Source of the DNA: Macrostomum hystrix | Taxonomy: Eukaryota > Animalia > Platyhelminthes | Reading direction: 5' to 3' | Length of the DNA stretch: 64,000 nt | NCBI GenBank assembly: GCA_950097015.1 | Contig: CATNEN010000025.1 | Location: 6,386,001 to 6,450,000 of the forward strand | In this document: positions 1 to 11,671 of the stretch, piece after piece | How positions within the stretch are numbered: the stretch's first letter is position 1 | Layout: each line of letters opens with the position of its first letter | The notes under the pieces: generated by a model | Database searches by the model: none | Told to the model about the DNA's origin: nothing | The model's input: only the letters and a program-made list of their open reading frames with translations | Translations under genes and position numbers: made by a program

Positions 1-2068
1 AGCTGAAACGCTAAAAGCACTTTTAAACAAAAAAACTGCTACACTTTTTTGGATAGATCAGAGAAGTGTATGGTTTACTCAGCGGCTTTCATTTTCGCTC
101 CGATCAATCCAACTCTTATGTTTCGGAAGCCGCAAATTCGCAAATGAATATACCTCGCATATAACGCGCCGTAAATAAAGTTCTTTTTTTAATCAGAGTT
201 ACAACATTTTAACAGCTATGTGATTAAGTCAGTCTTACTCAGCTTTTATTTTTACGATCTGTCAGCTTTTTACTCAAAAGGCGATCCATTTACATCGATA
301 TGTGACTGAAATTACCAACTGCAGCTACATGTTGCTAGGAGCTCTTCTCTCCCCTTTGATCGATTCTTCAGTTTGAGCTGTGAGCACATGTCGCCAATCG
401 ACTGCTCATTTATTATCCACCAATACAAGCTTTACATTGGTAATATTCGTATTATGGCTTGCTAGTGGCCGGAGCCGCCGTATTGCATTATTCGCCTGGT
501 CGCTTCCCCTCAAAGACCAAGAAGAAGAAAGTGTAAGGTTGCAGGCGTATAGGACACTATAGAGCTAGCCAATAGGTTTTCGATGGCCAGTTGCTCACAC
601 TTGGGCCGGATAATTAATGCATGAGAGGCGAGAAAGAGAGGCCTTGTGCGGCTGCTTCGTTCTCATTTTTTCTTAAACCATCTGGCTTTTTGGTCCAGCT
701 TCTTTTAAAAAAATGCAAGAAATTTTCTTCTGCATTTATCTTTAATTTCTAGGAAATTTGTTGCTAGGCAAGATGGATTGTACTTGATCAGGCTTTTGAA
801 AAAATACCGCACGCATACTAAATAGCGAATTTTAAATCCCTTTAAGCTAAGCAGTTGACGACGTGTAGCGCGGCGGTTGTCATAAAATTTCAATTTTATG
901 AAAATAGAAATTTCGCCGCATTAACAGGGCGGCCCCTTATAGTTGAAGATGATGAAGTAGCCGTCCCAGCTCTGACTAGGACGAATTGCTAACAAACCGA
1001 ACCGAAAGCAACCCTCGCAAACGAGTTCCGCTCATGGCCGGATTTGCTCGCAAGCCCAAGGAGAGGTCGGAGTTTCAAGCGGACCAAAATCTATTCTAAT
1101 CCCCTACTATTTTCCTCCCCTCCTCTCGTCTTAACTCTCTCCCCTGTCTCTTGCAGAAGTGCGGATTGCCTGAGAGAGCGAGTAACAGGGCAGAGGGAGC
1201 GAGAGGAACGTCAGGAGAAAGCACAGCTGCAGAAGTGGAATGGGGTTGGATATCGACCCGGCCATGGGGATGGTTTGAGCAGCTAGTGCTCAGCTGCAGA
1301 TGAACTCGCTCCCGCTCCTCTACTCACAATCCCCCCGCGCCTTCCTTCTTTCTTCTCACACTCTGCAGTCGCTCCGGCGATGGGGGAGAAGTGCAGAACA
1401 GCAAGAGTTGGGGAGACGTGTCTCCCTTGGATCCCAAGTACGCCCTGCTCACCTGCCTCCCAATGGCCTCTCGCCTCTCTCCATGGTCAGAGCAGCCAGC
1501 CCCTCTCTCTCCCTCTCTTCTCTCTTCTCCCCAGCCTCCTATCGCGGCCCTAACACAGTGAGGAACTTTTCCTATTCGCGTCGGAACAGCGGGACCTTCT
1601 CACTTTACCGCAGCTCCGAGTTCAAGGAAGCATTACCTTCTCTAGACTTTCAGGGAACTTTTGTTAGAGAAAATTTAAGATTTTTTTTAATCGTCTAACT
1701 TGAGAAGCTTCGTCAAATCCAGTGGTGAGAAACTGCTTTTTTAGTACTTGTTTGGATTGTACCGTTAACTGACTTATTAAACGCTTTGCTATACAATATG
1801 TAATTCTTAGTTGTATTTTATAGCTTATAGCTTTTAACTTTTATAGCTACGGTTTATAAATTCAACCGTAGCATCGTCCCATTGCTTTTCTACATTTGCA
1901 ATCGCCATCCAACACAATCGCCATCTCATCACTGATTTCTGAATCCCTTTCCGTTTTCCCTTTCCTAAATCTCGCTTCCTGAACCCCGTCCTAAAGATCC
2001 CATCCTCATCCCTATACTCCATTCCCGGAATCTCATTACCTAAACACCATTCGGTAAATCCCATCTAC

Positions 2069-2992
2069 TGAATCCCATTTCATGATCCCTTCCCTGAATC
2101 CAATCCTTGAATCTCATTCCCTGAATCTCGTTTCCTGAACCCCATTCCTGAATCCCATTTCCTGAATCTCATTACCTGAATCTCATTCCCTGAATTCAAT
2201 CCTTGAATCTTATTCCCTGAATCTCATTCCCTGAATCCAATCCTTGAATCTCATTCCCTGAATCTCATTCCCTGAATCCAATCCTTGAATCTCATTCCCT
2301 GAATCTCGTTTCCTGAATCTCATTCCCCGAATCCCATTCCTGAATCCCATTTCCTGAATCTCCTTTCCTGAATCTCATTCCCTGAATCCCATTCCCTGAA
2401 TCTCATTCCCTGAATCTCATTCCCTGAATCCAATCCTTGAATCTCATTCCCTGAATCTCGTTTCCTGAATCTCATTACCTGAACCCCATTCCTGAATCCC
2501 ATTTCCTGAATCTCGTTTCCTGAACCCCATTCCTGAATCTCATTTCCTGAATCTCATTCCCTGAATCTCATTCCCTGAATCCCATTCTTGAATCTCATTC
2601 CCTGAATCCCATTCCCTGAATCTCATTCCCTGAATCTCATTCCCTGAATCTCATTCCCTGAATCCCATTCTTGAATCTCATTCCCTGAATCTCATCCCCT
2701 GAATCTCATCCCCTGAATCTCATTCCCTGAATCCCATTCTTGAATCTCATTCCCTGAATCTCATTCCCTGAATCTCATTCCCTGAATCCCATTCCTGAAT
2801 CTCATCCCCTGAATCTCATTCCCTGAATCCCATTCCCTGAATCTCATTCCCTGAATCTCGTTCCTGAATCTCATTCCCTCAATTTCATTCCCTGAATCTA
2901 ATTCCCTGAATCTCATTCCCTGAATCTCGTTTCCTGAACCCCATTCCTGAACCCCATTCCTGAACCCCATTCCTGAATCCCATTCCTGAATC
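2069..2992. repeat. Minisatellite, 13-14-nt unit TGAATCTCATTCCC
   Basis: Directly visible tandem copies with variants. Confidence 0.95.
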
Positions 2993-3189
2993 CCTAGGAT
3001 CCCTGAATCCCTGAACTTCTAGAAATCCATTTCGTGAACTAAATTGTCATAATCTCATCCTAAAAAATCCAATCGCGAATCCCAAATTAAATAAGAAAAT
3101 CCTGAGTCACAAGCTTCTTAATAATGGGCTTTTTAAATCTGAATTCAGAGTCAAGTGAATTTTCGTGTCAAATCGGTCACCCGCAGGCA

Positions 3190-6056
3190 ATGAATTTCGG
3201 TAGCCTGTTCGGCGGTGGCAGCAAAACTCAGTCTGGCGGAAGCGGCGGCGGGGGCGGGGGCGGCGGCGGAGGCTTTTTCGGTGAAGCAAGCAAGTTTCTT
3301 GGCTCCGTGGCTGACCAGGTCACCGCTACTGTCACTGGCGAGACGCTGGTTCAGCAGCAGCAGCAGCAAACTCCGCAGGCTAAGCAGCAGGCTGCGGCGG
3401 CTGCAGCGGCAGCCGCAGGCCGTGGAAGAGGTCGCGGCGGAGTTCAACAGTCCGCTGTGCCTTCAGCTCCGGGCATGCAGGCCCAGGGTTCCATGCTGGC
3501 TGGCCAGGCAAGGCCTGGATTCCAGCAGCAGCAGCAGCAACAGCAGCCACAGTCACCAGCCAATAGAATTGGGCAACAAGGAGGGCAGCAGCAAATAGGC
3601 CAAGTAGGTCAGCAAAGCCAGATGGGTCAAGTAGGCCGGATAGGTCAGCCAGGCCAGATGGGTCAGTTAGGTCAGATGGGTCAGCAAGGTCAGCAAGGTC
3701 AGCAAGGTCAGCAAGGTCAGTTGGGTCAGCAAGGTCAGTTGGGTCAGCAAGGTCAGTTGGGTCAGCACGGTCAGCGGGGTCAGCAAGGTCAGCTGGGTCA
3801 GCAAGGTCAGCTGGGTCAGCAAGGCCAGTTGGGTCAGCGCGGTCAGCTGGGTCAGCAAGGTCAGTTGGGTCAGCCAAGCCAGCTGGGTCAGCAAGGTCAG
3901 TTGGGTCAGCAAGGCCAGCTGGGTCAGCAAGGACAGTTGGGTCAGCAAGGCCAGCTGGGTCAGCAAGGTCAGCTGGGTCAGCCAAGCCAGCTGGGTCAGC
4001 ACGGTCAGCTGGGTCAGGAAGGACAGTTGGGTCAGCAAGGTCAGCTGGGTCAGCCAAGCCAGCTGGGTCAGCACGGTCAGCTTGGTCAACACGGTCAGCT
4101 GGGTCAGCAAAGCCAGCTGGGTCAGCAAGGTCAGTTGGGTCAGCAAGGTCAGCTGGGTCAGCAAGGACAGTTAGGTCAGCAAGGTCAGCTGGGTCAGCAA
4201 GGTCAGCTGGGTCAGCCAAGCCAGCTGGGTCAGCACGGTCAGCTTGGTCAACACGGTCAGCTGGGTCAGCAAAGCCAGCTGGGTCAGCAAGGTCAGTTGG
4301 GTCAGCCGGGTCAGCTGGGTCAGCAAGGACAGTTGGGTCAGCAAGGTCAGCTGGGTCAGCAAGGTCAGCTGGGTCAGCAAGGTCAGTTGGGTCAGCCATG
4401 CCAGCTGGGTCAGCAAGGTCAGCTGGGTCAGCAAAGTCAGCTGGGTCAGCAAGGTCAGCTGGCTCAGCAAGGTCAGTTGGGTCAGCAAGGTCAGTTGGGT
4501 CAGCAAGGTCATTTGGGTCAGCCAAGCCAGCTGGGTCAGCAAGGCCAGCTGGGTCAGCAAGGTCAGCTGGGTCAGCAAAGTCAGCTGGGTCAGCAAGGTC
4601 AGCTGGGTCAGCAAGGTCAGCTGGCTCAGCAAGGTCAGTTGGGTCAGCAAGGTCAGTTGGGTCAGCAAGGTCATTTGGGTCAGCCAAGCCAGCTGGGTCA
4701 GCAAGGCCAGCTGGGTCAGCAAGGTCAGCTGGGTCAGCAAGGCCAGCTGGGTCAGCATAATAAGTTGGGTCAGCAAAGTCAGCTGGGTCAGCAAGGTCAG
4801 CTGGGTCAGCAAGGTCAGCTGGGTCAGCCAAGCCAGCTGGGTCAGCAAGGTCAGCTGGGTCAGCAAGGTCAGCTGGGTCAGCAAGGCCAGCTGGGTCAGC
4901 ATAATAAGTTGGGTCAGCAATGTCAGCTGGGTCAGCAAGGTCAGCTGGGTCAGCAAGGTCAGTTGGGTCAGCAAGGCCAGCTGGGTCAGCAAGGCCAGCT
5001 GGGTCAGCCAAGCCAGCTGGGTCAGCCAAGCCAGCTGGGTCAGCAAGGCCAGCTGGGTCAGCCAAGCCAGCTGGGTCAGCAAGGTCAGATAGATCCACAA
5101 GCCCAAAGTGAGACCAATTACGCCTATGGTCAGTATGGGGAGGACCAGCTGCACTCTGGAGGCGGTGGTTACTATGACAACCAATACAACCAATACGAGT
5201 CTGGTCAGTATGGCGGCTACAACCAGCAGCAGCAACAGCAGTACGATCAGTACGGGCAGCCAATAGACAGCTATGGCCTATACGATCAGCAGTACGATCA
5301 GTACGGGCATCGTCAGTACGACTATGACTCTCAGTACGATGGGTCATACGGCTACGGATTCGGTCGCTACTATGACCAGTCCTATGACCATCAGCAGCAG
5401 CAGCAGCAGCAGCAGGCTACACCTGGTTACACTGGCAATTGGAGTCGCTACAACGAGAGTCGCCCTGAAGAGAATGTTGGTCGGCGACGTCTTTCATCGG
5501 GTCACGACCAGCAGCACCAGGACTATTATCAAAATCATCCTCATCAGCAGCAGCAGCAGCAGCCCTTGTTGCAGGGTCAATACCCGACTGGTCAGCAGGC
5601 TGAATTCTCTCAGAGTCCCGGAGGCGGATACGGTAGCGGCTATCAGCAGCAGCAGCAGCAGCAGCATCCACAGCAGGACAGCATGAATATGTCAAGCCTG
5701 ACTAGAGAAATTGTGGCAGCCTACAGCCAAGACACGGCATTTGACAGCGGCTATGAGGGCGGGTTCGGCAGCCGGGTAGATCAGTTCTCCGGATACGCCT
5801 CAGACGGCAGCTACCAGACTGGCAGTCAGCAGCAGCAGCAGCAGCATCAGCCGGTGGATCCGTATTACACCAATGCGTCCTCGACCACAATGGCCTGGGA
5901 CGGTCAGGAGGTAAATCAAGCCTATGGCGGCACTAACGAGCAAAAACAGCAGCAGCAGCTGGTTGAGCTGCAGAAGGCAGAGGATCTCGCAGATGCCAAT
6001 GTGCTGATGTGTCGCGACTTCATGACTCGCTACGTTGACCTGCTGTTTAACAATAG
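3190..6056 (+). CDS. KIAA0513: KIAA0513-like gene exon 1: Gly/Gln-rich N-terminus, about 80 GQLGQQ-type hexapeptide repeats, Tyr/Gln-rich region, start of the conserved domain. Full model join(3190..6056,7382..7430,7625..7811,8066..8222,10705..10799,11155..11240), 1146 aa
   Basis: Open frame 3124-6060; ATG 3190 follows a CCGCAG acceptor (ATG 3124 is an alternative). The exon ends FMTRYVDLLFNN with donor AG|GTGAGA at 6057. All six exons join in phase with GT-AG introns; the family was recognised from remembered sequence similarity. Confidence 0.85.
3655..5090 (+). repeat. Coding tandem repeat, 18-nt unit GGTCAGCTGGGTCAGCAA (9-nt sub-period)
   Basis: Directly visible; stays in frame throughout. 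Confidence 0.95.
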
Positions 6057-6239
6057 GTGAGAAAATCTTATCTGACTCACAATGATCAGAATGTGGCTCA
6101 GAGTTATAGCATTAATCTCAACATGTCTATCCAATCTATTTCGTCTTGTCTATGTTATCTATCTCGATGTCTACGTCACTCGCTATGTCTGTCTCACCAT
6201 GTCTCACCCTGTCTCAACCTCTCACCTTGTCAATGACAT

Positions 6240-6420
6240 CTATCTCACCCAGTCTAAACCATCTATCTCACCCAGTGTATGACATCTATCTCACCCAGTC
6301 TATGACATCTATCTCACCCAGTGTATGACAACTATCTCACCCAGTCTATGACATCTATCTCACCCAGTCTATGACAACTATCTCACCCAGTCTATGACAT
6401 CTATCTCACCCAGTCTATAC
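6240..6420. repeat. Intronic minisatellite, 23-nt unit TCTATCTCACCCAGTCTATGACA
   Basis: About 8 copies visible. Confidence 0.9.
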
Positions 6421-6566
6421 CATCTATCCCAACCCCGTCGATGAAATTCGATTCGAGATATCTCAACCGATCTATTTAGAAATATCCCAGCTTTTCTAAG
6501 TTATAATCCCTTGAACCCATAGGGATAATAAATCCGAGATAATGAATTATCAGGGAAAATGAAGGG

Positions 6567-7341
6567 TCAGGGATAATGAAGAATCAGGGATAATGAAGAA
6601 TCAGGGATAATGAAGGATCAGGGATAATGAAGGGTCAGGGATAATTAAGGATCAGGGATAATCTAGGATCAGGGATAATGAAGGATCAGGGATAATGAAG
6701 GGTCAGGGATAATGAAGGATCAGGGATAATGAAGAATCAGGGATAATGAAGGATCAGAGATAATGAAGGATCAGGGATAATGAAGAATCAGGGATAATTA
6801 AGGATCAGGGATAATCTAGGATCAGGGATAATGAAGGATCAGGGATAATGAAGGGTCAGGGATAATGAAGGATCAGGGATAATGAAGAATCAGGGATAAT
6901 GAAGGATCAGAGATAATGAAGGATCAGGGATAATGAAGAATCAGGGATAATTAAGGATCAGGGATAATCTAGGATCAGGGATAATGAAGGATCAGGGATA
7001 ATGAAGAATCAGGGATAATGAAGGATCAGGGATAATGAAGGATCAGGGATAATGAAGAATCAGTGATAATGAAGGGTCAGGGATAATGAAGGGTCAGGAA
7101 TAATAAAGGATCAGGGATAATGAAGGGTCAGGAATAATAAAGGATCAGGGATAATGAAGAATCAGGGATAATGAAGAATCAGTGATGATGAAGAATCAGG
7201 GATAATGAAGGATCAGGGATAATGAAGAATCAGGGATAATGAAGGGTCAGGGATAATGAAGAATCAGGGATAATGAAGAATCAGGGATAATGAAGAATCA
7301 GTGATAATGAAGGGTCAGGGATAATTAAGGATCAGGGATAA
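6567..7341. repeat. Intronic minisatellite, 17-nt unit TCAGGGATAATGAAGGA
   Basis: About 45 copies visible. Confidence 0.95.
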
Positions 7342-7381
7342 TCCATTAACCGATTCGGAATTCCACACATCATACCTGCAG

Positions 7382-7430
7382 TCACGTGATCGCTCAGCAG
7401 GAGAAGGCCAACTTTGGTCAGATGTGCCAG
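7382..7430 (+). CDS. KIAA0513: KIAA0513-like exon 2 (SHVIAQQEKANFGQMCQ)
   Basis: CTGCAG acceptor and CAG|GTGAGT donor; phase 2 in, phase 0 out; resembles the QEEKAKFGEYC motif of KIAA0513. Confidence 0.85.
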
Positions 7431-7624
7431 GTGAGTATTTTTTCGTTGACATAATTATGGTGTCATGTTGGCAAATTTATCTAATCTACCTTTGATACAA
7501 AACTTCTCCCTACTGACTACTTACGGACAGTAGAGTGATTTGCAAAGGAAAACATTTTCTTGTCACAAAAAATAATAATAATTCAACTCGCGACCTCCGA
7601 CGCGAAAAAATTTCCCAACCACAG

Positions 7625-7811
7625 AGCCTGACGGGTCGGCACTGGTTCGCTAAGAGTCTGGACTCAATTCGAGGTCGCCAGGCGAATCTAGAGGAGACTT
7701 CATTCTTTGCCATTGTGCAGAGCCTCACTCTAGCATTGTTCGAGTGCAACGAGGCTGAGGACTGGCGAACAGCCGGCCGACTTATGGAGGCCGCCTTTAT
7801 CTATTATACAC
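7625..7811 (+). CDS. KIAA0513: KIAA0513-like exon 3 (SLTGRHWFAKSLDSIR...FFAIVQSLTLALFECNEAEDWRTAGRLMEAAFIYYT)
   Basis: ACAG acceptor and C|GTGAG donor; resembles the GRxWFAR..FYRLVQSFAVVLFEC..DDF..AKNLM..CFTYY core of KIAA0513. Confidence 0.9.
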
Positions 7812-7823
7812 GTGAGAACGCAT

Positions 7824-8031
7824 GGGGGACTGTCGGCTTAGCGATTAGGGCGTCGGACTAACGAGTTGAGGGTCGGGGGTTCGATTCCCGCGACTTCATA
7901 GGAACAATTTGTGTCCTTTGGCAAGACAGTTAATTCTGCATTGCTTCAGTTCATACAGCTGTTAAATGGGTAACCGTCATTACTTGGGGTAATTGAGGGT
8001 GGGTGTGGCGTCCCTCCAGTCCATGGACTGA
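7824..8031 (+). mobile_element. tRNA-derived SINE family 1, copy 1 (CORE-like central domain), in KIAA0513-like intron 3
   Basis: tRNA-like head with B box GGTTCGATTCC (7878-7888); TGTGTCCTTTGGCAAGACAGTTAA...CAGCTGTTAAATGGG resembles CORE; shares GAGGGTGGGTGTGGCGTCCC..CAGTCCATGGACTGA with the other two copies. Confidence 0.75.
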
Positions 8032-8065
8032 CAATCAAGTTACTAAGAAATGTGCTCAAATTCAG

Positions 8066-8222
8066 TGCCTCAGTCTCAGCAGCAATTTGGTGGCGGAGCC
8101 GGCAGCCGGAGCTACCTGTACAGCTTCCTGAAGGACCAGGTGGTCTGGCAGTCGCTGCAGTTCTGGGGCTATGTGTACAACGATGCAGCCGCCACGGCGC
8201 AGGATCCGGTGGCTCTGTTGAA
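8066..8222 (+). CDS. KIAA0513: KIAA0513-like exon 4 (...SRSYLYSFLKDQVVWQSLQFWGYVYNDAA...)
   Basis: TTCAG acceptor and AA|GTGAGT donor; phase 1 in, phase 2 out; resembles [23 protein letters not shown]. Confidence 0.85.
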
Positions 8223-8276
8223 GTGAGTGTTTCCAGTTTGTGAAGTTTTTTTCTCCTTGTGTGGACAATCTTCTTG

Positions 8277-8352
8277 GAGGTGAGTGGCCGAGTGGTCCAA
8301 CGCGTTTGCCTCTCGCACTAAGATCCCTGAGCTCGATTTCGAGGCGAGGCCG
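8277..8352 (+). mobile_element. tRNA-derived SINE family 2, head-only copy in KIAA0513-like intron 4
   Basis: A box TGGCCGAGTGG; GTTTGCCTCTCGCAC..AG.TCCCTGAGCTCGATT.CG.GGCGAGGCC is nearly identical to the reverse complement of 48940-48990. Confidence 0.6.
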
Positions 8353-8434
8353 TAAAAATTTTATCGTGCTTGTCGCGCAATTTACACACCTGTGTGCCTG
8401 CGTAGAGTATCTGTGTGCGTGTGTGTTCATGAGA

Positions 8435-9459
8435 CCAAATCACCAATCACTGTCACCAAATCACCAATCACTGTCACCAAATCGTAAACTAGTGTCTTCA
8501 AATCGTCAATCACTGTCACCAAGTCGTCAATCACTGTGACCAAATCGTCAATCACTGTCACCAAATCGTCAATCACTGTCACCAAATCGTCAATCACTGT
8601 CACCAAATCGTAAACTAGTGTCTTCAAATCGTAAACTAGTGTCTTCAAATCGTCAATCACTGTCACCAAATCGTCAATCGCTGTCACCAAATCGTAAACT
8701 AGTGTCTTCAAATCGTAAACTAGTGTCTTCAAATCGTAAACTAGTGTCTTCAAATCGTCAATCACTGTCACCAAATCGTCAATCACTGTCACCAAGTCGT
8801 CAATCACTGTCACCAAATCGTCAATCACTGTCACCAAGTCGTCAATCACTGTCACCAAATCGTCAATCACTGTCACCAAATCGTAAACTAGTGTCTTCAA
8901 ATCGTAAACTAGTGTCTTCAAATCGTCAATCACTGTCACCAAATCGTCAATCGCTGTCACCAAATCGTAAACTAGTGTCTTCAAATCGTAAACTAGTGTC
9001 TTCAAATCGTCAATCACTGTCACCAAATCGTCAATCACTGTCACCAAGTCGTCAATCACTGTCACCAAATCGTCAATCACTGTCACCAAATCGTCAATCA
9101 CTGTCACCAAATCGTCAATCACTGTCACCAAATCGTCAATCACTGTCACCAAATCGTAAACTAGTTTCTTCAAATCGTCAATCACTGTCACCAAATCGTA
9201 AACTAGTGTCTTCAAATCGTCAATCACTGTCACCAAATCGTCAATCGCTGTCACCAAATCGTAAACTAGTGTCTTCAAATCGTAAACTAGTGTCTTCAAA
9301 TCGTCAATCACTGTCACCAAATCGTCAATCACTGTCACCAAATCACTAACTACTGTCACCAATCACTGTCACCAAATCACTAACTACTGTCACCGAATCA
9401 CCAGTCACTGTCACCAAATCACCAGTCACTGTCACCAAATCACTAACTACTGTCACCAA
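8435..9459. repeat. Intronic minisatellite, two interspersed 21-nt units (AAATCGTCAATCACTGTCACC / AAATCGTAAACTAGTGTCTTC)
   Basis: Directly visible. Confidence 0.95.
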
Positions 9460-10704
9460 ATGAAGTGCCCGTGCTACACTGATGCTGATGCTCACTACTA
9501 TCAAGGTAGAAGCAATCAAAGAGATTGAAATTATAATTTCTACCATCAAAAGAAGTTGGAGCCGATAATTTATTTCAGTCAACCTTTGAAGCTTCGTGGT
9601 GACTTTGAGAACATTTTTAACTAGGCTCTGCAAGTGACCCACATTTTTAAAAAATACAGAAAGGACAGCCAATTGTTCTTCGACGAAACCTCAGATTTAG
9701 TTTTTTGTCACAACACAAATTTTTTTTCAAACTTTTTTCTCTTCCAAAGAAAAAGACGCAGTTTTTTGGGGTGATAAGTTTCCTCTCTCTCAACCCTCTC
9801 AGGTGTAAGAGCCGGATGCACCTTGAGACTCGTGAAACAATGGCTCGACCATATTCTCCCGTGACACCGGATCTTGTCCTCTTGTCCCGCGGAGAGCTGG
9901 ATGTGGTGGCGTCTGTTGATTTTGCTGTTGAGTAGCCAACCGGCCTAAAGCTTTGGTCCCGCAGTGGATGCAAGGCTCGAGTGTTACTGTGTAACCAGCT
10001 GGACTAGACACAAAAGCCAGCTAGTGCAATTGTATCCGTTGACCAAATAAGCTGAAATAGATCCCCGCGTCTATTTCAGCTTAGTCTTGTGAAATTTCTT
10101 AGACAGAAATGTTTTTTTTTCTTCTTCTGGTAGACAATTAACGTGAAAGTTGGGCATTGGAAAATGGGGGATAAAATTGAAGCGAAGTGGGAGCGGAGAC
10201 TTAAGCAGCTCTTAATAGGGGCGTCAAACAGTCTGGCGGCTCTAATATTCTCCTTAAAAAATTCTTTTAACTCTTCCTGCTCCTCGCCATCAAGCCCGTT
10301 CTCACTCTGAGGATCTGGGCTGGGGGTTGGTGAATCTCATTGTTGCCTGGTCAGGATGCCTCTGACTGCAGCGGCGGCGCCACCTACCCGGCGGGGCGCC
10401 CGGAAGAAAGTTTTCCCAGAAATTCTCTCCTAGAAGCAGGACCAAGTTTTCTAGGCGCGGCCGGAGAATGAGTAGAATGAAAAATAAAGCAGCCAAGAAG
10501 ACAGATTCGTCGGAACACAGAACAAACTCGCCGACGCTGTCATAAAAGACAGTCGGTGAAAAAATTATCTCATTGAATTGAAACCCAGCCTAATGGCATG
10601 ATTTTCGTTTCCTCTATACCCTCCGATGAGCAATAAAAATAATATTTTTTGACGGAGCATTTCGCGTTGCCTTTTGTTAAAAATTCCGTTCCACCTTCTC
10701 ACAG

Positions 10705-10799
10705 GGCTTACCTGGGCAAGATGCGCGCCTTTGAGCTGAGGCGCGACCTGCTGGCTGAGTTCGCTCGGAAACAGGGCGACCTGCTCGGCCTACCTCCGG
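10705..10799 (+). CDS. KIAA0513: KIAA0513-like exon 5 (AYLGKMRAFELRRDLLAEFARKQGDLLGLPP)
   Basis: TTCTCACAG acceptor and G|GTGAGT donor; phase matches exon 4; resembles NMLAFGL..LC.DFLKKQA.IG.L. Confidence 0.8.
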
Positions 10800-11154
10800 G
10801 TGAGTCGCTTTTTTCTGCTGCCTCTCGGCCGTTGCAGCTCGGTGCGGGAGCCTCAAAAGCCACGCTTGCAGAGACTGTGGCCGGGGAGGGAAGGCCTTGA
10901 AGCCATTCTATTCGGAGTCCGTTCCGGTTCCCGTATCCGTTACGCTTTGCCGGTGTCGCGACAAAGAGAGAGAGAGAGGCACTTCATCCAGAACTGCCTA
11001 ATGCCCGACTCCAGCAAAGGCTTGCCATTGTTGAATTGTAGCCGAGCGCTGCAATTTCTCAACAGTTTTTTGCATCTCTTCACTCCCCCCCAACCTTACT
11101 CAAAACGATTTCCCGACTCACCACCGACTGATGCCTTGTTGCTTCTTGTTGCAG

Positions 11155-11196
11155 ACCAACAAGAAGCTCTGCTACAGGCGGCTGATCGCGAATATT

Positions 11197-11232
<36 letters not shown>

Positions 11233-11240
11233 GAATGTGA
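11155..11240 (+). CDS. KIAA0513: KIAA0513-like exon 6, terminal (DQQEALLQAADREYLEQ...RM*)
   Basis: TTGTTGCAG acceptor, phase 1, stop TGA at 11238-11240. Confidence 0.8.
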
Positions 11241-11671
11241 CCAACTGCTTAAGCTCATAAACAGTTACACTGAAAAAACTGATTTAATTTTTATAGGAAT
11301 GAAAGAAAAAACTAGAGAAAAAATTGTACTATCATTTTCCTTCTCATGTGAAGCTGCTCTACATTCAGGTACTTTAGCTGCGATTAAATTTTCAAGTTAG
11401 TTTGGTTAACAATCATGCTAAAAAAGTAGCGGGTCAGTCAGTGAAAACGTTAATTTTAAGATTAATTCAAACACAAAGTTCAGGATTTTTAATTAGACGC
11501 TTTTGACTCTCAAAAAACGTTAAGTACTTTTTGTGAAAAATGACTTTAATAACAGACATTGTTAATCCACTTTCTCCTCATATCCTGCAAACACAATTTT
11601 TTGTTCACTAGTAGAGTTTAAATTTCATCTTCACCATTCGATTTGTGTCACTCGTTATTACAAACTTTTGA

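Noticed and set aside
900-1700. Possible LTR or other repeat fragments (also 16590-16930, 31100-31780, 32380-32700)
   Set aside because: Only vague similarity; no TG..CA ends, TSD or PBS could be identified by eye
3151-5695. Long antisense and alternative-frame ORFs (LADPA, LTQL, VSWVSK repeats)
   Set aside because: Shadows of the coding 18-nt repeat; only the GQLGQQ frame splices to the conserved exons
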